A stretch of DNA of 64,000 bases from an uncultured virus (IMG/VR IMGVR_UViG_3300034062_002951) (taxonomy: Duplodnaviria; Heunggongvirae; Uroviricota; Caudoviricetes), in IMG/VR virus record IMGVR_UViG_3300034062_002951. One strand, given 5' to 3'. Positions 27,930 to 36,255 of the stretch are shown one piece after another. The stretch's first letter is position 1. Each line of letters opens with the position of its first letter. The notes beneath the pieces are model-generated. The model had not been told where the DNA came from. It saw nothing but the letters and a program-made list of their open reading frames with translations, and searched no databases. The position numbers and the translations under genes are program-made.

Positions 27930-29393
27930 CTAATAGTACTCGGGCACAAGGTCTGGCACCACGTCGTCTTCATTGTCGTCCGTGTGCAAAGAAATAAAGT
28001 TGCCTGAGCGAAAACGCATAAGCGCCTGCGTCGTTGAGTCAACCATGTCGTCATTGTCCCCGTTAGGGAACGCGGCGCACTCTTCAACCAAGGCTTCTGC
28101 CCATTCACGGTCCGGGGCCCATACCATGCCGGCCTCGAGTATCGGAGCCACAGAGTTGGCGCGACTGATCTTGTCAGTTCCCGCTCGTCGGCCACCCGGT
28201 GTGTACATGGTCACAGGGATTCCCATCTTCCGAAGTTCCTGCTGCAAAGTAACGCCCGTCGCCTTGGCCTCGATCAGGACATTGTCCGGTTGCCAGTGGT
28301 CATACTCGTCCTTGGCGATCCGCTTGAGTTCAGGAAAGTCCCACCGGCCACGCTTGACGTCAAGCAATATCAGGTTAGCGCCTGAGTCTTCAGAGGGATG
28401 GAACACGCCCCAGGTCGTGATCACCGAATAGTCAGCAGTTTCTTTCTTGCTGTAGGCAGTGTCATAGGACTGGATGATGTACTCCACGACCGGCGGCTCG
28501 TCCTTTTGCCAGACCTGCCACCACTCTCGTTTGAGAATAGCGCCCTCGTCATTGGTCGGTTGCTGTTGCCACTGGGCTTGCCACTTCTGTGGTGACAAGG
28601 AGGCCTTGACAGACAACAACTCCTCAACGCCCCAAAAGCCTGGCCATAGGGGTTTACCACTAGGCAGGATGGCAGGAAACTCAATCACCTCCCACTTGTC
28701 GGCCTTGTGGCTGGTCTGCTGCTTGATGAGGCGCGCGGTTAGGTCCTTGGTTCCCCACCTTGTCATGACCACGACAATCGCGCCGCCTGGCTGCAACCGC
28801 TGACGCGGACCAGAGGTGTACCACTCCCATGCGTTGTCTAGGGCAAGCTCCGACATGGCGTCCTGTTCAGAGTGTGGATCGTCAATGATCAAGAGGTCCG
28901 CGCCACGGCCCGTCATTGCACCACCAACGCCCACGGCAAAGTATTCACCCCCTTTGTCCGTGTCCCAACGGCCGGCGGCCTTGGAGTCGGCTTGCAAAAC
29001 GACCTTTGGGTAGATTTCTTTGTACTCATCCGAGTCCATCAGGTTACGGACCTTGCGGCCAAAACGGACTGCGAGTTCGCCAGTGTGGGTCGCTTGAATG
29101 ATCTTGGTTCGCGGCTTATTGCCCATGATGAACGCCGGCAACAGGTAGGACGCAAACTCAGATTTGGTGTGCCGGGGAGGCATGTTGATGATCAGGCGCT
29201 TAAGCTTTCCAGTCATAACGCGGTTGAATGCATCTGCCATTTTGGCATGATGATCGCCAATAATGGCCTCGGGCCAGACGTACTTTGTGAACAACATGAA
29301 ATCTTTTTGGGCACTCTCCTGTGCCTCTAACCTAGCAAGACGGTACTCGAGCTTAAGGCGCTCTACTTCCATTTCATCGTTTGGTGTGTTCAT
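27930..29393 (-). CDS. terL: Terminase large subunit
   Basis: Walker A-like MPPRHTKS, Walker B LLIIDDP, coupling motif MTRW, nuclease motifs SYDTA and DDMVDS. Confidence 0.95.
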   Translation of the reverse strand: MNTPNDEMEVERLKLEYRLARLEAQESAQKDFMLFTKYVWPEAIIGDHHAKMADAFNRVMTGKLKRLIINMPPRHTKSEFASYLLPAFIMGNKPRTKIIQATHTGELAVRFGRKVRNLMDSDEYKEIYPKVVLQADSKAAGRWDTDKGGEYFAVGVGGAMTGRGADLLIIDDPHSEQDAMSELALDNAWEWYTSGPRQRLQPGGAIVVVMTRWGTKDLTARLIKQQTSHKADKWEVIEFPAILPSGKPLWPGFWGVEELLSVKASLSPQKWQAQWQQQPTNDEGAILKREWWQVWQKDEPPVVEYIIQSYDTAYSKKETADYSVITTWGVFHPSEDSGANLILLDVKRGRWDFPELKRIAKDEYDHWQPDNVLIEAKATGVTLQQELRKMGIPVTMYTPGGRRAGTDKISRANSVAPILEAGMVWAPDREWAEALVEECAAFPNGDNDDMVDSTTQALMRFRSGNFISLHTDDNEDDVVPDLVPEYY

Positions 29394-29399
29394 GCAGGA

Positions 29400-29415
29400 T
29401 GTTTCACGTGAAACA
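29400..29415. promoter_or_regulatory. parS: parS-type palindrome TGTTTCACGTGAAACA
   Basis: Perfect 16-bp match to the widespread bacterial chromosomal parS consensus. Confidence 0.7.
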
Positions 29416-29797
29416 AAATAGTTTTGGAATTTGCAAAAATTTTTACACAGAAACGGAAATAAAGCAAAGGGGGCCTATTTTGGGGGCCCGGGGGTCCAAT
29501 TGTGTTTAGAGCCCCACAAACTGTGTGAAATCGGGCTAAAGCATCCGACAGGTCCGCCGGGGGCCAAAATCCGGGGCCCGGTCGAAGTGAGTACTGACTA
29601 CCGCTAAAACGCCCGCCGGGACTCTACCCGGCCACCAGGGCGCGGGCCACGGCCCAGGGACCACGGCCACCAGGGCGCGGATCGTTAACCTGGGCGCATG
29701 TAATGACAAACCCGGCACCGGCCACCAGGTCACCGGCCAGGCCGGGAGCGGCCACCAGGTCACCGGCCGGGGACCACGGCCCAGGTCACCAGGCCCG

Positions 29798-29876
29798 CGA
29801 ATAACTGCTAACGCATGCACTAACCTGGGATCGAATAACTGCTAACGCATGCACTAACCTGGGATCGAATAACTGC
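29798..29876 (+). repeat. 34-bp tandem repeat, 2.3 copies
   Basis: CGAATAACTGCTAACGCATGCACTAACCTGGGAT at 29798 and 29832, partial third copy at 29866. Confidence 0.95.
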
Positions 29877-30239
29877 GCGCCAGGCACCACGGCCACCGGC
29901 CCGCCAGGCGCGGCCCAGGTCACCAGGTCAACGGCCCGCCAGGCGCGGCCCGTGCAACGGGGCCCGCGTAACTTCGCGCCAGGCCTGGGGTTTTTACGTT
30001 CAGCAGCTGCGCCACCGCAGCTGCGCCCGCAGCGGGAAAAACGTTGCGCGGATTCAATACGGCGGGCGGGTTTCGATGCAAAACGGGGCGCGGACCACGC
30101 GCCAGGTTTACGGCCGGGCACCAGGTCCAAAAAACGCATGCGGGCCGGATAAGGGCGGCGGCCACCAGGGGCGCGGCCTGGCGGGTTTTGATACGGGGCA
30201 AAAAACCGAAGTACGCGAAAACGATATAACGGGCGCGAA

Positions 30240-30268
30240 TAAAAAAACCCGGCCAGGTGGCCGGGTTT
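30240..30268 (-). terminator. Rho-independent terminator
   Basis: AAACCCGGCCA-CC-TGGCCGGGTTT followed by T run. Confidence 0.75.
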
Positions 30269-30290
30269 ACGGGGCCAGGTGGCCAGGGTT

Positions 30291-31382
30291 TTACACGTGC
30301 ACGAGCTCCAACATATCACCGGCCAGGGTTTCGAGCTCGACGCGTTCGGACGTCCACGGGATCGAGCGGGCGTATGCGGTCGCGCCGGTTACCGCGTCCC
30401 AAATGGTCTCGATCGGGCGGCCTTCATCGATGACGTGCGCGTGTTCGATGCGTTGCGCGACACGGGGCCCAAACCGGGTAGCTAAAAATTTATCTACTTT
30501 GTCAATCTTGGCCACCTGGGCACCGCGCAACACTTGATTGATATTCCCGGCGGCCGCGTTACTGTAGGCCAACAGGGCCGGGGCCACTTCATCGATGAAT
30601 CGATCCGGCGCGCTCGCGGTGTGGCGGATCGCGATATCTTCGAGCTCATGAGCTCCCCAAACAATCCGGTTCGCGCATACGTAATCAAACAAAAACGTTT
30701 TAACGCGTAACGTGCCCGCGCCGGTTTCGGAATTACTGATAAAAAACCCGCGCGCCAATTCCCCGGTTTTTCCATCGCGGCGGCCTGGGAGCTCGATCCG
30801 GTTTGTTTCATCGGCCAGGAATACAAACATGTCCCGGTCACCGGCATACAACGTTGTATTTTTAATGTCTACCTGGTCCAACGGGCGGCCCCAGGTGCCG
30901 GGGACTTTAAAGTCACCGGTCACCCCGTCCCCGAATCGATCCATTAATTCGCGAACAACGTCATCGTTCCAAATGCGGCCATAACGCGGGCCGGTCATCG
31001 CGCGGAGCTCCGGGGTTCCATTGTTTGAAAGTAAAACGCCGATATCCTGGGCGGATCGGTCAACCTGAAAACCATAATTTAAACAATCGGCGGCCAGGGG
31101 AGCGGGTAAGGCGCGAAGATAACCGGCGGGCGCGCCGGTCAACTGCGCGGCCTGGCCAAAGGACCAATGCGTCGGTGAATACCCGTGGCCGTTCGGGCCT
31201 TCAATGATCAGGCCCTGGTTATCGTCCAACGGGACGGCGCGAAGCTTACGCGATGAAACCACGGCGGCGCGGGTGATCGCGCGCTGAGTTTCAAGCATGG
31301 CCAACATGCCAGGTAATGAAGTGAAACGTTCTTCGGCGGGACGTGTGGCCCATTGTTTCGAAGCTTGGGAGAGTGTAGACAT
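30291..31382 (-). CDS. DUF932-like early protein
   Basis: RGFFISNSETGAG..FLFDYVCANRIV..IRHT motifs; start moved to MSTLSQ. Confidence 0.75.
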   Translation of the reverse strand: MSTLSQASKQWATRPAEERFTSLPGMLAMLETQRAITRAAVVSSRKLRAVPLDDNQGLIIEGPNGHGYSPTHWSFGQAAQLTGAPAGYLRALPAPLAADCLNYGFQVDRSAQDIGVLLSNNGTPELRAMTGPRYGRIWNDDVVRELMDRFGDGVTGDFKVPGTWGRPLDQVDIKNTTLYAGDRDMFVFLADETNRIELPGRRDGKTGELARGFFISNSETGAGTLRVKTFLFDYVCANRIVWGAHELEDIAIRHTASAPDRFIDEVAPALLAYSNAAAGNINQVLRGAQVAKIDKVDKFLATRFGPRVAQRIEHAHVIDEGRPIETIWDAVTGATAYARSIPWTSERVELETLAGDMLELVHV

Positions 31383-31460
31383 GATTAATTCCAATTCTAA
31401 GTTTCTGATTTACCGGTGACCTACCGGCGGCGGCGGCGGGCTCGCGGCCCGACAATCTGA

Positions 31461-31489
31461 ATTCTACGCGGTAACTTTAAAATAATGAA
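31461..31489 (-). promoter_or_regulatory. Sigma70-like promoter
   Basis: TTCATT-17-TAGAAT upstream of the DUF932-like gene. Confidence 0.4.
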
Positions 31490-31562
31490 ATTCTTTTTTT
31501 GGTTATTAGGGAAAGTCCTAATATACGCCCGGGCCACCAGGGCGGCCAGGGCCAGGGCGGGA

Positions 31563-32267
31563 TTAATTAGCACGGCCAACGTCCCCGGCGATATGGTGGC
31601 GCAGTAGCGAACCAGGCGGGAGCGATCGAGCGAACGCGGCCACGGCGGCCGCATCATCAGGCGCGCCGGTTTTCCTGGTGGCATGCCAGGCGATGGCCGC
31701 ATGCCCCTGGCCCGCATAACACCCGCCGGGATCATCGGCACCGGCGGCCACTTTTCGCGCCTGGGTTCCATGCGCCACAAACACGATCACATAATCACGA
31801 TCACCACGTGCACACAATGGGCGGCCGTTGCCACATGTTGCACATGTAAACCCGGAATTTTCGGAGCTCAATTGTTCGGGGCATTGGACAAATTGCACCC
31901 CGTCGAACGTGTACGGCCAAACAGTCCCGGCCGGGGCGGCTACTGTGGCCGGGTGACCGGCCCGGACGGCGGCCACGGCCTGGGGCATTGTGTCCGCGCT
32001 GAAATTAATAGTTGTTTTACCTGGCGCGGGTTTTGGTAGGTTTTCAAAACCAAAATGCGAATACGTCCAGGCCTGGCCGTTACGCGGTACCGCGTTATAT
32101 ACGGCGGCCAAATAATCGGTGTCTACCAGGGCGGCCGCATGTTGGCCGTTCGGGTTTAATGCGCACGTTTTCGGGCACGTGCCGAACGTGTGATGTTGTC
32201 CGGCCCGGTACGTTGTCGCGATCGGCCCGGTTTTTTTGTTGCTACTTTGGCGGATTGTCTTAAGCAT
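31563..32267 (-). CDS. Cys-rich early protein (Gp88-like, possible metal/Fe-S binding)
   Basis: SNKKTGPI..TCPKTC..WTYSH..CPEQ..TCATCG..LCAR..FVAHG. Confidence 0.65.
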   Translation of the reverse strand: MLKTIRQSSNKKTGPIATTYRAGQHHTFGTCPKTCALNPNGQHAAALVDTDYLAAVYNAVPRNGQAWTYSHFGFENLPKPAPGKTTINFSADTMPQAVAAVRAGHPATVAAPAGTVWPYTFDGVQFVQCPEQLSSENSGFTCATCGNGRPLCARGDRDYVIVFVAHGTQARKVAAGADDPGGCYAGQGHAAIAWHATRKTGAPDDAAAVAAFARSLPPGSLLRHHIAGDVGRAN

Positions 32268-32529
32268 ACCGGCCCCCTGGGATTGTGTCGGCCTGGGGCG
32301 CGCGATCGATAAGGGCCAGGGTTTTCAAGTCGGTTATTTCATCGGATAAACCGGGGCGGAACCAGGCCCCGTTAACTTCAACGGCTACCTGGCGGCCGTA
32401 CATGTAAGCATTCTCGTTTTGCGTTACGTTCGACGCGGTCGGGTTCAGGTGTTGGGGCTGCACCAGGTAAACCGCACGACTACCGGACGGGAGAATAACT
32501 AACAGAGACGTATCACTAATTACGGGCAT
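32260..32529 (-). CDS. Early hypothetical protein
   Basis: ORF with AGAAAG-type RBS downstream of a promoter. Confidence 0.65.
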   Translation of the reverse strand: MPVISDTSLLVILPSGSRAVYLVQPQHLNPTASNVTQNENAYMYGRQVAVEVNGAWFRPGLSDEITDLKTLALIDRAPQADTIPGGRYA

Positions 32530-32586
32530 AATTTTCTCGCTTTCTTACTTTCTGATTCCAGGGCCACCACGGCCCGGGTGTTTGTG

Positions 32587-32615
32587 ATATTACACACAAA
32601 CAAAAAACAATGCAA
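32587..32615 (-). promoter_or_regulatory. Sigma70-like promoter
   Basis: TTGCAT-17-TAATAT. Confidence 0.6.
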
Positions 32616-32625
32616 CAGGCCACGC

Positions 32626-32653
32626 AAAAAAAAACCCGGCGCGCGGCCGGGTG
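32626..32653 (-). terminator. Rho-independent terminator
   Basis: ACCCGGC-CGCGC-GCCGGGT followed by T run. Confidence 0.7.
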
Positions 32654-32669
32654 AATAGAGAATTATTTT

Positions 32670-32927
32670 TTACGCCTGGGCGGCCCGTTCCTGGGCGGCC
32701 CGTTCGTCGAGCTCGCATTGTTCAAAAGCCCGGTTTCTATACACTTCAAACAAATCAGCGAACGCGCCCAAAATGCGCGCCTGGTTTGTTCCATCAGCGC
32801 GAAAATAAGCCAGGGCCAGGGCGGACGCAAACCCGCCGCCGATTTTTTCCATCAGTTGCGCGGCGCGGTGGTTCCAGGTGGCGCGCTCGTCTAAGCTCAT
32901 CAGCGCATAAGGTTTCAGTTCTTGCAT
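32670..32927 (-). CDS. Early hypothetical protein
   Basis: GGGFASALALAYFRADGTNQARIL; RBS present. Confidence 0.7.
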   Translation of the reverse strand: MQELKPYALMSLDERATWNHRAAQLMEKIGGGFASALALAYFRADGTNQARILGAFADLFEVYRNRAFEQCELDERAAQERAAQA

Positions 32928-32939
32928 TTTTTTCTCCGA

Positions 32940-33146
32940 TTAGGTTAGTTCAAGATGTGCCACTTCGGCGCACACATACCAGGCCCTGGGCGATATCAGC
33001 GCGCGGGGGTTATCTTCGGGAATGCCCTCGTTAATTATGTCCTCCGAATAACGGCGCACGGCCTCGAGAATGAATGCTTGCATGAGCGGCCCGGCCGGGC
33101 TCCGCGTCATCAGTTCTTGGATTTTTTCAACGTTCGTTTTATTCAC
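32940..33146 (-). CDS. Early hypothetical protein
   Basis: AGGAG RBS, GTG start overlapping the upstream stop. Confidence 0.65.
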   Translation of the reverse strand: MNKTNVEKIQELMTRSPAGPLMQAFILEAVRRYSEDIINEGIPEDNPRALISPRAWYVCAEVAHLELT

Positions 33147-33331
33147 AATGTTTTCTCCTGGTAGATTGTTTCGAGCTCTTCCAAAAATAAGATCACGTCA
33201 TCGATGCATTGGCCAACTGTGATTTCTGTTCCCTCATTGTCCTTAGGCAGCTTTTTTATTTTGTCCGGTACTGCACGGCGCACGTCGTACATGTCGCACA
33301 ACGCACTTTGTGTTTCGTTAAGTAATCCCAT
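33143..33331 (-). CDS. Early hypothetical protein
   Basis: Coupled ORF. Confidence 0.65.
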   Translation of the reverse strand: MGLLNETQSALCDMYDVRRAVPDKIKKLPKDNEGTEITVGQCIDDVILFLEELETIYQEKTL

Positions 33332-33340
33332 GTCGGCCCC

Positions 33341-33757
33341 TTAAGACAAAGAAACAGAAAACGAGTTGTCGTTGAAAAACTCTTTGATCTTGTCTTCCAG
33401 GTCGATCTCGTCAACTACTTTTTCGGCCAGGTCGGTAAGGTCTACTTCTTCAAACACTTTTTCGGCCAGGTCGCCCATGTCCAGGTTATCGATCACCCGG
33501 GCGGCCATTGCGGCCCCATCCATAAAATTGTCATCATCAACAACATCTGCAATGCGGCCGCGCAAGTCCTCGTCCAGTATTTCACCCACAACCTCGCGCA
33601 CCCAGTTGCGGCTCACGTCCAACGCATCAGAAATTTTCTGATCTGTTTGAAGCTTGTAGTCTTCCAGTTCACCGGCAATTGCTTGCACAACAACAGGCGT
33701 TAATTGGCGCACCAGGTCTTGTACCAGGGCGTTCAAAATTGGGCTCAATGTATCCAT
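33341..33757 (-). CDS. Highly acidic early protein with 13-aa repeats
   Basis: DLAEKVFEEVDLT-DLAEKVVDEIDLE; first gene after a strong promoter. Confidence 0.75.
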   Translation of the reverse strand: MDTLSPILNALVQDLVRQLTPVVVQAIAGELEDYKLQTDQKISDALDVSRNWVREVVGEILDEDLRGRIADVVDDDNFMDGAAMAARVIDNLDMGDLAEKVFEEVDLTDLAEKVVDEIDLEDKIKEFFNDNSFSVSLS

Positions 33758-33811
33758 GATCTTTCTCTCTTTCTAGGTTGCGGCCACGCGCCAATCGCAT
33801 GACCTGGATGA

Positions 33812-33841
33812 AATATAACACGTATCGAAAAAATCTGTCAA
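33812..33841 (-). promoter_or_regulatory. Strong sigma70 promoter with extended -10 and embedded TTTTCGATAC motif
   Basis: TTGACA-18-TATATT with TGn upstream of the -10. Confidence 0.75.
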
Positions 33842-33843
33842 CT

Positions 33844-34056
33844 CTAAATTTTCCCTTTGCAAGCGGCCGCGACACTTTGGGCCAAAATGGTCAAATACTC
33901 AGGGTTTGACACTTCGCCCTCTTCGAACGTTCGGGCCTCGTCATTGACACACAGGGTCGCGTACTCTTCAATCACGTCGGCATCTACAGAGTCGCCAAGC
34001 GCATCATCGATGCAATCGATGTCACCAGCAACAATTAAAACAATGTAGGTCTTCAT
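33844..34056 (-). CDS. Small acidic early protein
   Basis: 70 aa, D/E-rich, coupled to the upstream gene. Confidence 0.65.
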   Translation of the reverse strand: MKTYIVLIVAGDIDCIDDALGDSVDADVIEEYATLCVNDEARTFEEGEVSNPEYLTILAQSVAAACKGKI

Positions 34057-34340
34057 TGTTCTACCCCTTCTAAAATCTCACTTACTGTTCGCATCACCAC
34101 GTCATCAAAATCGGAACGCTCCCAGGTTTGAAATGCCCAATCAATCGGGCCGTCCTCAAATTCATTGCGATAAAAAAAACTATAAGCAAGAAAATTAGTA
34201 CGGGACGCAAAACCTCTCGCGGCCTCCTCCATGGCATGCTCTTTGTCGCGGGCCTGAACCAACACGATCCGAACACTTACCTTTTTACGCTTGTCGGTGG
34301 GAATGCCTCCCTCCACCACATTAACTGCATGAAGTTTCAT
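34053..34340 (-). CDS. Early hypothetical protein
   Basis: Start moved to MKLHAV after a GGAGGAAAG RBS. Confidence 0.6.
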   Translation of the reverse strand: MKLHAVNVVEGGIPTDKRKKVSVRIVLVQARDKEHAMEEAARGFASRTNFLAYSFFYRNEFEDGPIDWAFQTWERSDFDDVVMRTVSEILEGVEQ

Positions 34341-34341
34341 T

Positions 34342-34560
34342 TTATCTTTCCTCCGTGGGTGCCAGTAAATTAAAGTCCTGATCCAAGATGCCCGCGTTCT
34401 GCAATTCAACCTCAATGTTGAACACAAAATCACTAAGCATTTTTGGCATCTCACCATTGCTGTCGTCGTATGCCTTACGTAACGATTCCACCAAACGTAA
34501 AGCATATTCTGTGTCCCCTTTGTAGGACAAAGACTTTTCTTGAGCTGATATCAAAATCAT
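34342..34560 (-). CDS. Early hypothetical protein
   Basis: First gene after a promoter; AGAAAGAGAGAAAG leader. Confidence 0.7.
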   Translation of the reverse strand: MILISAQEKSLSYKGDTEYALRLVESLRKAYDDSNGEMPKMLSDFVFNIEVELQNAGILDQDFNLLAPTEER

Positions 34561-34603
34561 TTTCTTTCTCTCTTTCTTAAGTTAGGTCACATGACCTGGG
34601 AGC

Positions 34604-34633
34604 AATATAGCACGTATCGAAAAAAATTGTCAA
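34604..34633 (-). promoter_or_regulatory. Strong sigma70 promoter, near copy of 33812..33841
   Basis: TTGACA-18-TATATT with TGn and TTTTCGATACG. Confidence 0.75.
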
Positions 34634-34787
34634 CTCCTATTTTTTGTTTATCACGTTGTTGAAAAAAGCCATCATGGCCAATTTGAAAATATCCCTCAGC
34701 TTGAACGGCCCAGGTGGTGGCCTGGGCGGCTGATCGACTTTTTTGTAACGATCAGGTAGTTTTGATTGACGCATTTGTTTTTGGCTT

Positions 34788-35102
34788 TCAAGAAAATGTG
34801 TTCCGGGCCACCTCGTCATGCCACAACTGGAGCGATTTACGTAGGTGGCTAAGGGCCTCTTCTTCAGAATCAAAACATCGATAGTCACCATTCTCGTCAA
34901 TCCACTCGTCCCCCTGTTTCAAAAACAGGACGTACTGGTCGTCCCCAATAAGCTGAACCTCCCAATCTTCCGGTTCGTTATGGCCCCACTCAAGATAAAT
35001 CTCCCGGACAATTTTTTTGGCCTCATTGCTGGGTATCCCAACCAGGCGGCCTATTTCAGCAGGGTGCCACTCTTCAAGCAGCTTTTCAATTTGTTCTTTC
35101 AT
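34788..35102 (-). CDS. Early protein, possible N-terminal helix-turn-helix
   Basis: Start moved to MKEQIEK; PAEIGRLVGIPSNEAKKIV resembles an HTH. Confidence 0.55.
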   Translation of the reverse strand: MKEQIEKLLEEWHPAEIGRLVGIPSNEAKKIVREIYLEWGHNEPEDWEVQLIGDDQYVLFLKQGDEWIDENGDYRCFDSEEEALSHLRKSLQLWHDEVARNTFS

Positions 35103-35284
35103 TCGACTGTCTCCCCTTGAATGACAACTGTTACCTGGGGCTCTTCCCCCCAAACGCCCATGCCCTTTTGTTGTTCCCGGTAGGCCCGGCGCAATGCCTG
35201 GTCTCTTGCGGAATGCTCATCGGTCGCCTCAACGTCCACCCAAACAAAGTAGGACATGCGAACCTCTACTTGGTATTTATTCAT
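35099..35284 (-). CDS. Early hypothetical protein
   Basis: MNKYQVEVRM..VDVEATDE; coupled ORF. Confidence 0.6.
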   Translation of the reverse strand: MNKYQVEVRMSYFVWVDVEATDEHSARDQALRRAYREQQKGMGVWGEEPQVTVVIQGETVE

Positions 35285-35496
35285 TGGGCACCTTCTTTCT
35301 CTGCACAAAAATGAAGTAACGCGGCGGTGTGGCATTTACGCATGTCAATGTCGAGAGACTCACACATGTGCCAAACATCGGTGAGCATGTCAGTCACGGC
35401 ATCCTCATCGACTGGGCCATCACGGCCAATAAGTTCCCGGTAGGCCCGGACAGTCCCCAGTCCATACTGAGCCCGCAATTGGAGATTAACTTTCAT
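35281..35496 (-). CDS. Early hypothetical protein
   Basis: MKVNLQ..VTDMLTDVWHMC..HFCAE; coupled ORF. Confidence 0.6.
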   Translation of the reverse strand: MKVNLQLRAQYGLGTVRAYRELIGRDGPVDEDAVTDMLTDVWHMCESLDIDMRKCHTAALLHFCAEKEGAQ

Positions 35497-35744
35497 TCTG
35501 CGCCCTCCTCTGTCCTGAATGCATTGTTCATGCGCCAAAAGCAATCCTGCAACTCACGTGCGGTGCTTGTGGTCACGTCAAACGAATCAGAAAAGTCTGA
35601 CACAAAACTGCGTAACGCCACTTGGGTGTCCCGCACAACTTTTTGTTGTTCTTCTGTCATTTGATCAAAGGCGGCCTTGTTTGTAGCCAACCGCTTGCGA
35701 TAAACCTCTTCATGCTTATCGCGCCTCTTCAATGAAACTGCCAT
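35493..35744 (-). CDS. Early hypothetical protein
   Basis: Start MAVSLK follows a leader identical to that of 33341..33757. Confidence 0.65.
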   Translation of the reverse strand: MAVSLKRRDKHEEVYRKRLATNKAAFDQMTEEQQKVVRDTQVALRSFVSDFSDSFDVTTSTARELQDCFWRMNNAFRTEEGAE

Positions 35745-35838
35745 ATCTTTCTCTCTTTCTAGGTTGTTCAGCCAGGGAACAATTCGCCTGGCTGATCGCA
35801 TCATACACGTTTTTTCGATACGTCACTAGGTGCTTTCC

Positions 35839-36255
35839 CTAACCCCCAATCAGCTTGAGTCGGAGCATGTGCCAAACCGGGCCGGTCAATGACCAACTAT
35901 CGTGTGGCTCCGCGTCCACGCCCAAGTGGTGAAGTTCCTCTGCCTGGTCTCCCCGGAAAAGTAAGAGCTCCGATTTGGCTCCCTGGGTAACCCCAGGCGG
36001 GAAGTACTGAACCAGGATAAAGGTTGGCACCCTCATTTCCCCATGCACCAGGTGAAAGGCAATCTGATGCGGACTCAGGTTGACCTTCTTCCCGCGCCTG
36101 ACAACCTTCAACTCCAACATCACCCACTTTCCAGGAAAGGCAATCAGGCAATCAGGAATCCCCAGGCCTACCCGGGACTCAAGCCTCGTTATCCGGCAGT
36201 TCAGTAGGTTTTCTTTTATCCGCTTGTATAGCGCGCTCTCGGGCTTGACTGGCAT
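35839..36255 (-). CDS. PD-(D/E)XK nuclease (VRR-NUC / Holliday junction resolvase-like)
   Basis: E..GIPDCLI..MLELK..LSPHQIAFH. Confidence 0.75.
   Translation of the reverse strand: MPVKPESALYKRIKENLLNCRITRLESRVGLGIPDCLIAFPGKWVMLELKVVRRGKKVNLSPHQIAFHLVHGEMRVPTFILVQYFPPGVTQGAKSELLLFRGDQAEELHHLGVDAEPHDSWSLTGPVWHMLRLKLIGG

Larger units (their letters stand above)
29560..30290. repeat. GC-rich non-coding region with short dispersed repeats
   Basis: Several GGCCACCAGG, CCAGGTCACC and GGACCACGGC copies; GGCCCGCCAGGCGCGGCCC occurs twice. Confidence 0.75.

Noticed and set aside
29798..29876. 34-bp repeats as a mini CRISPR array
   Set aside because: The copies are directly adjacent with no spacers, and no cas genes are present.
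29536..30319. ORFs in the GC-rich block
   Set aside because: Low-complexity Pro/Arg/Gly/Trp translations produced by repeats, spanning a terminator.
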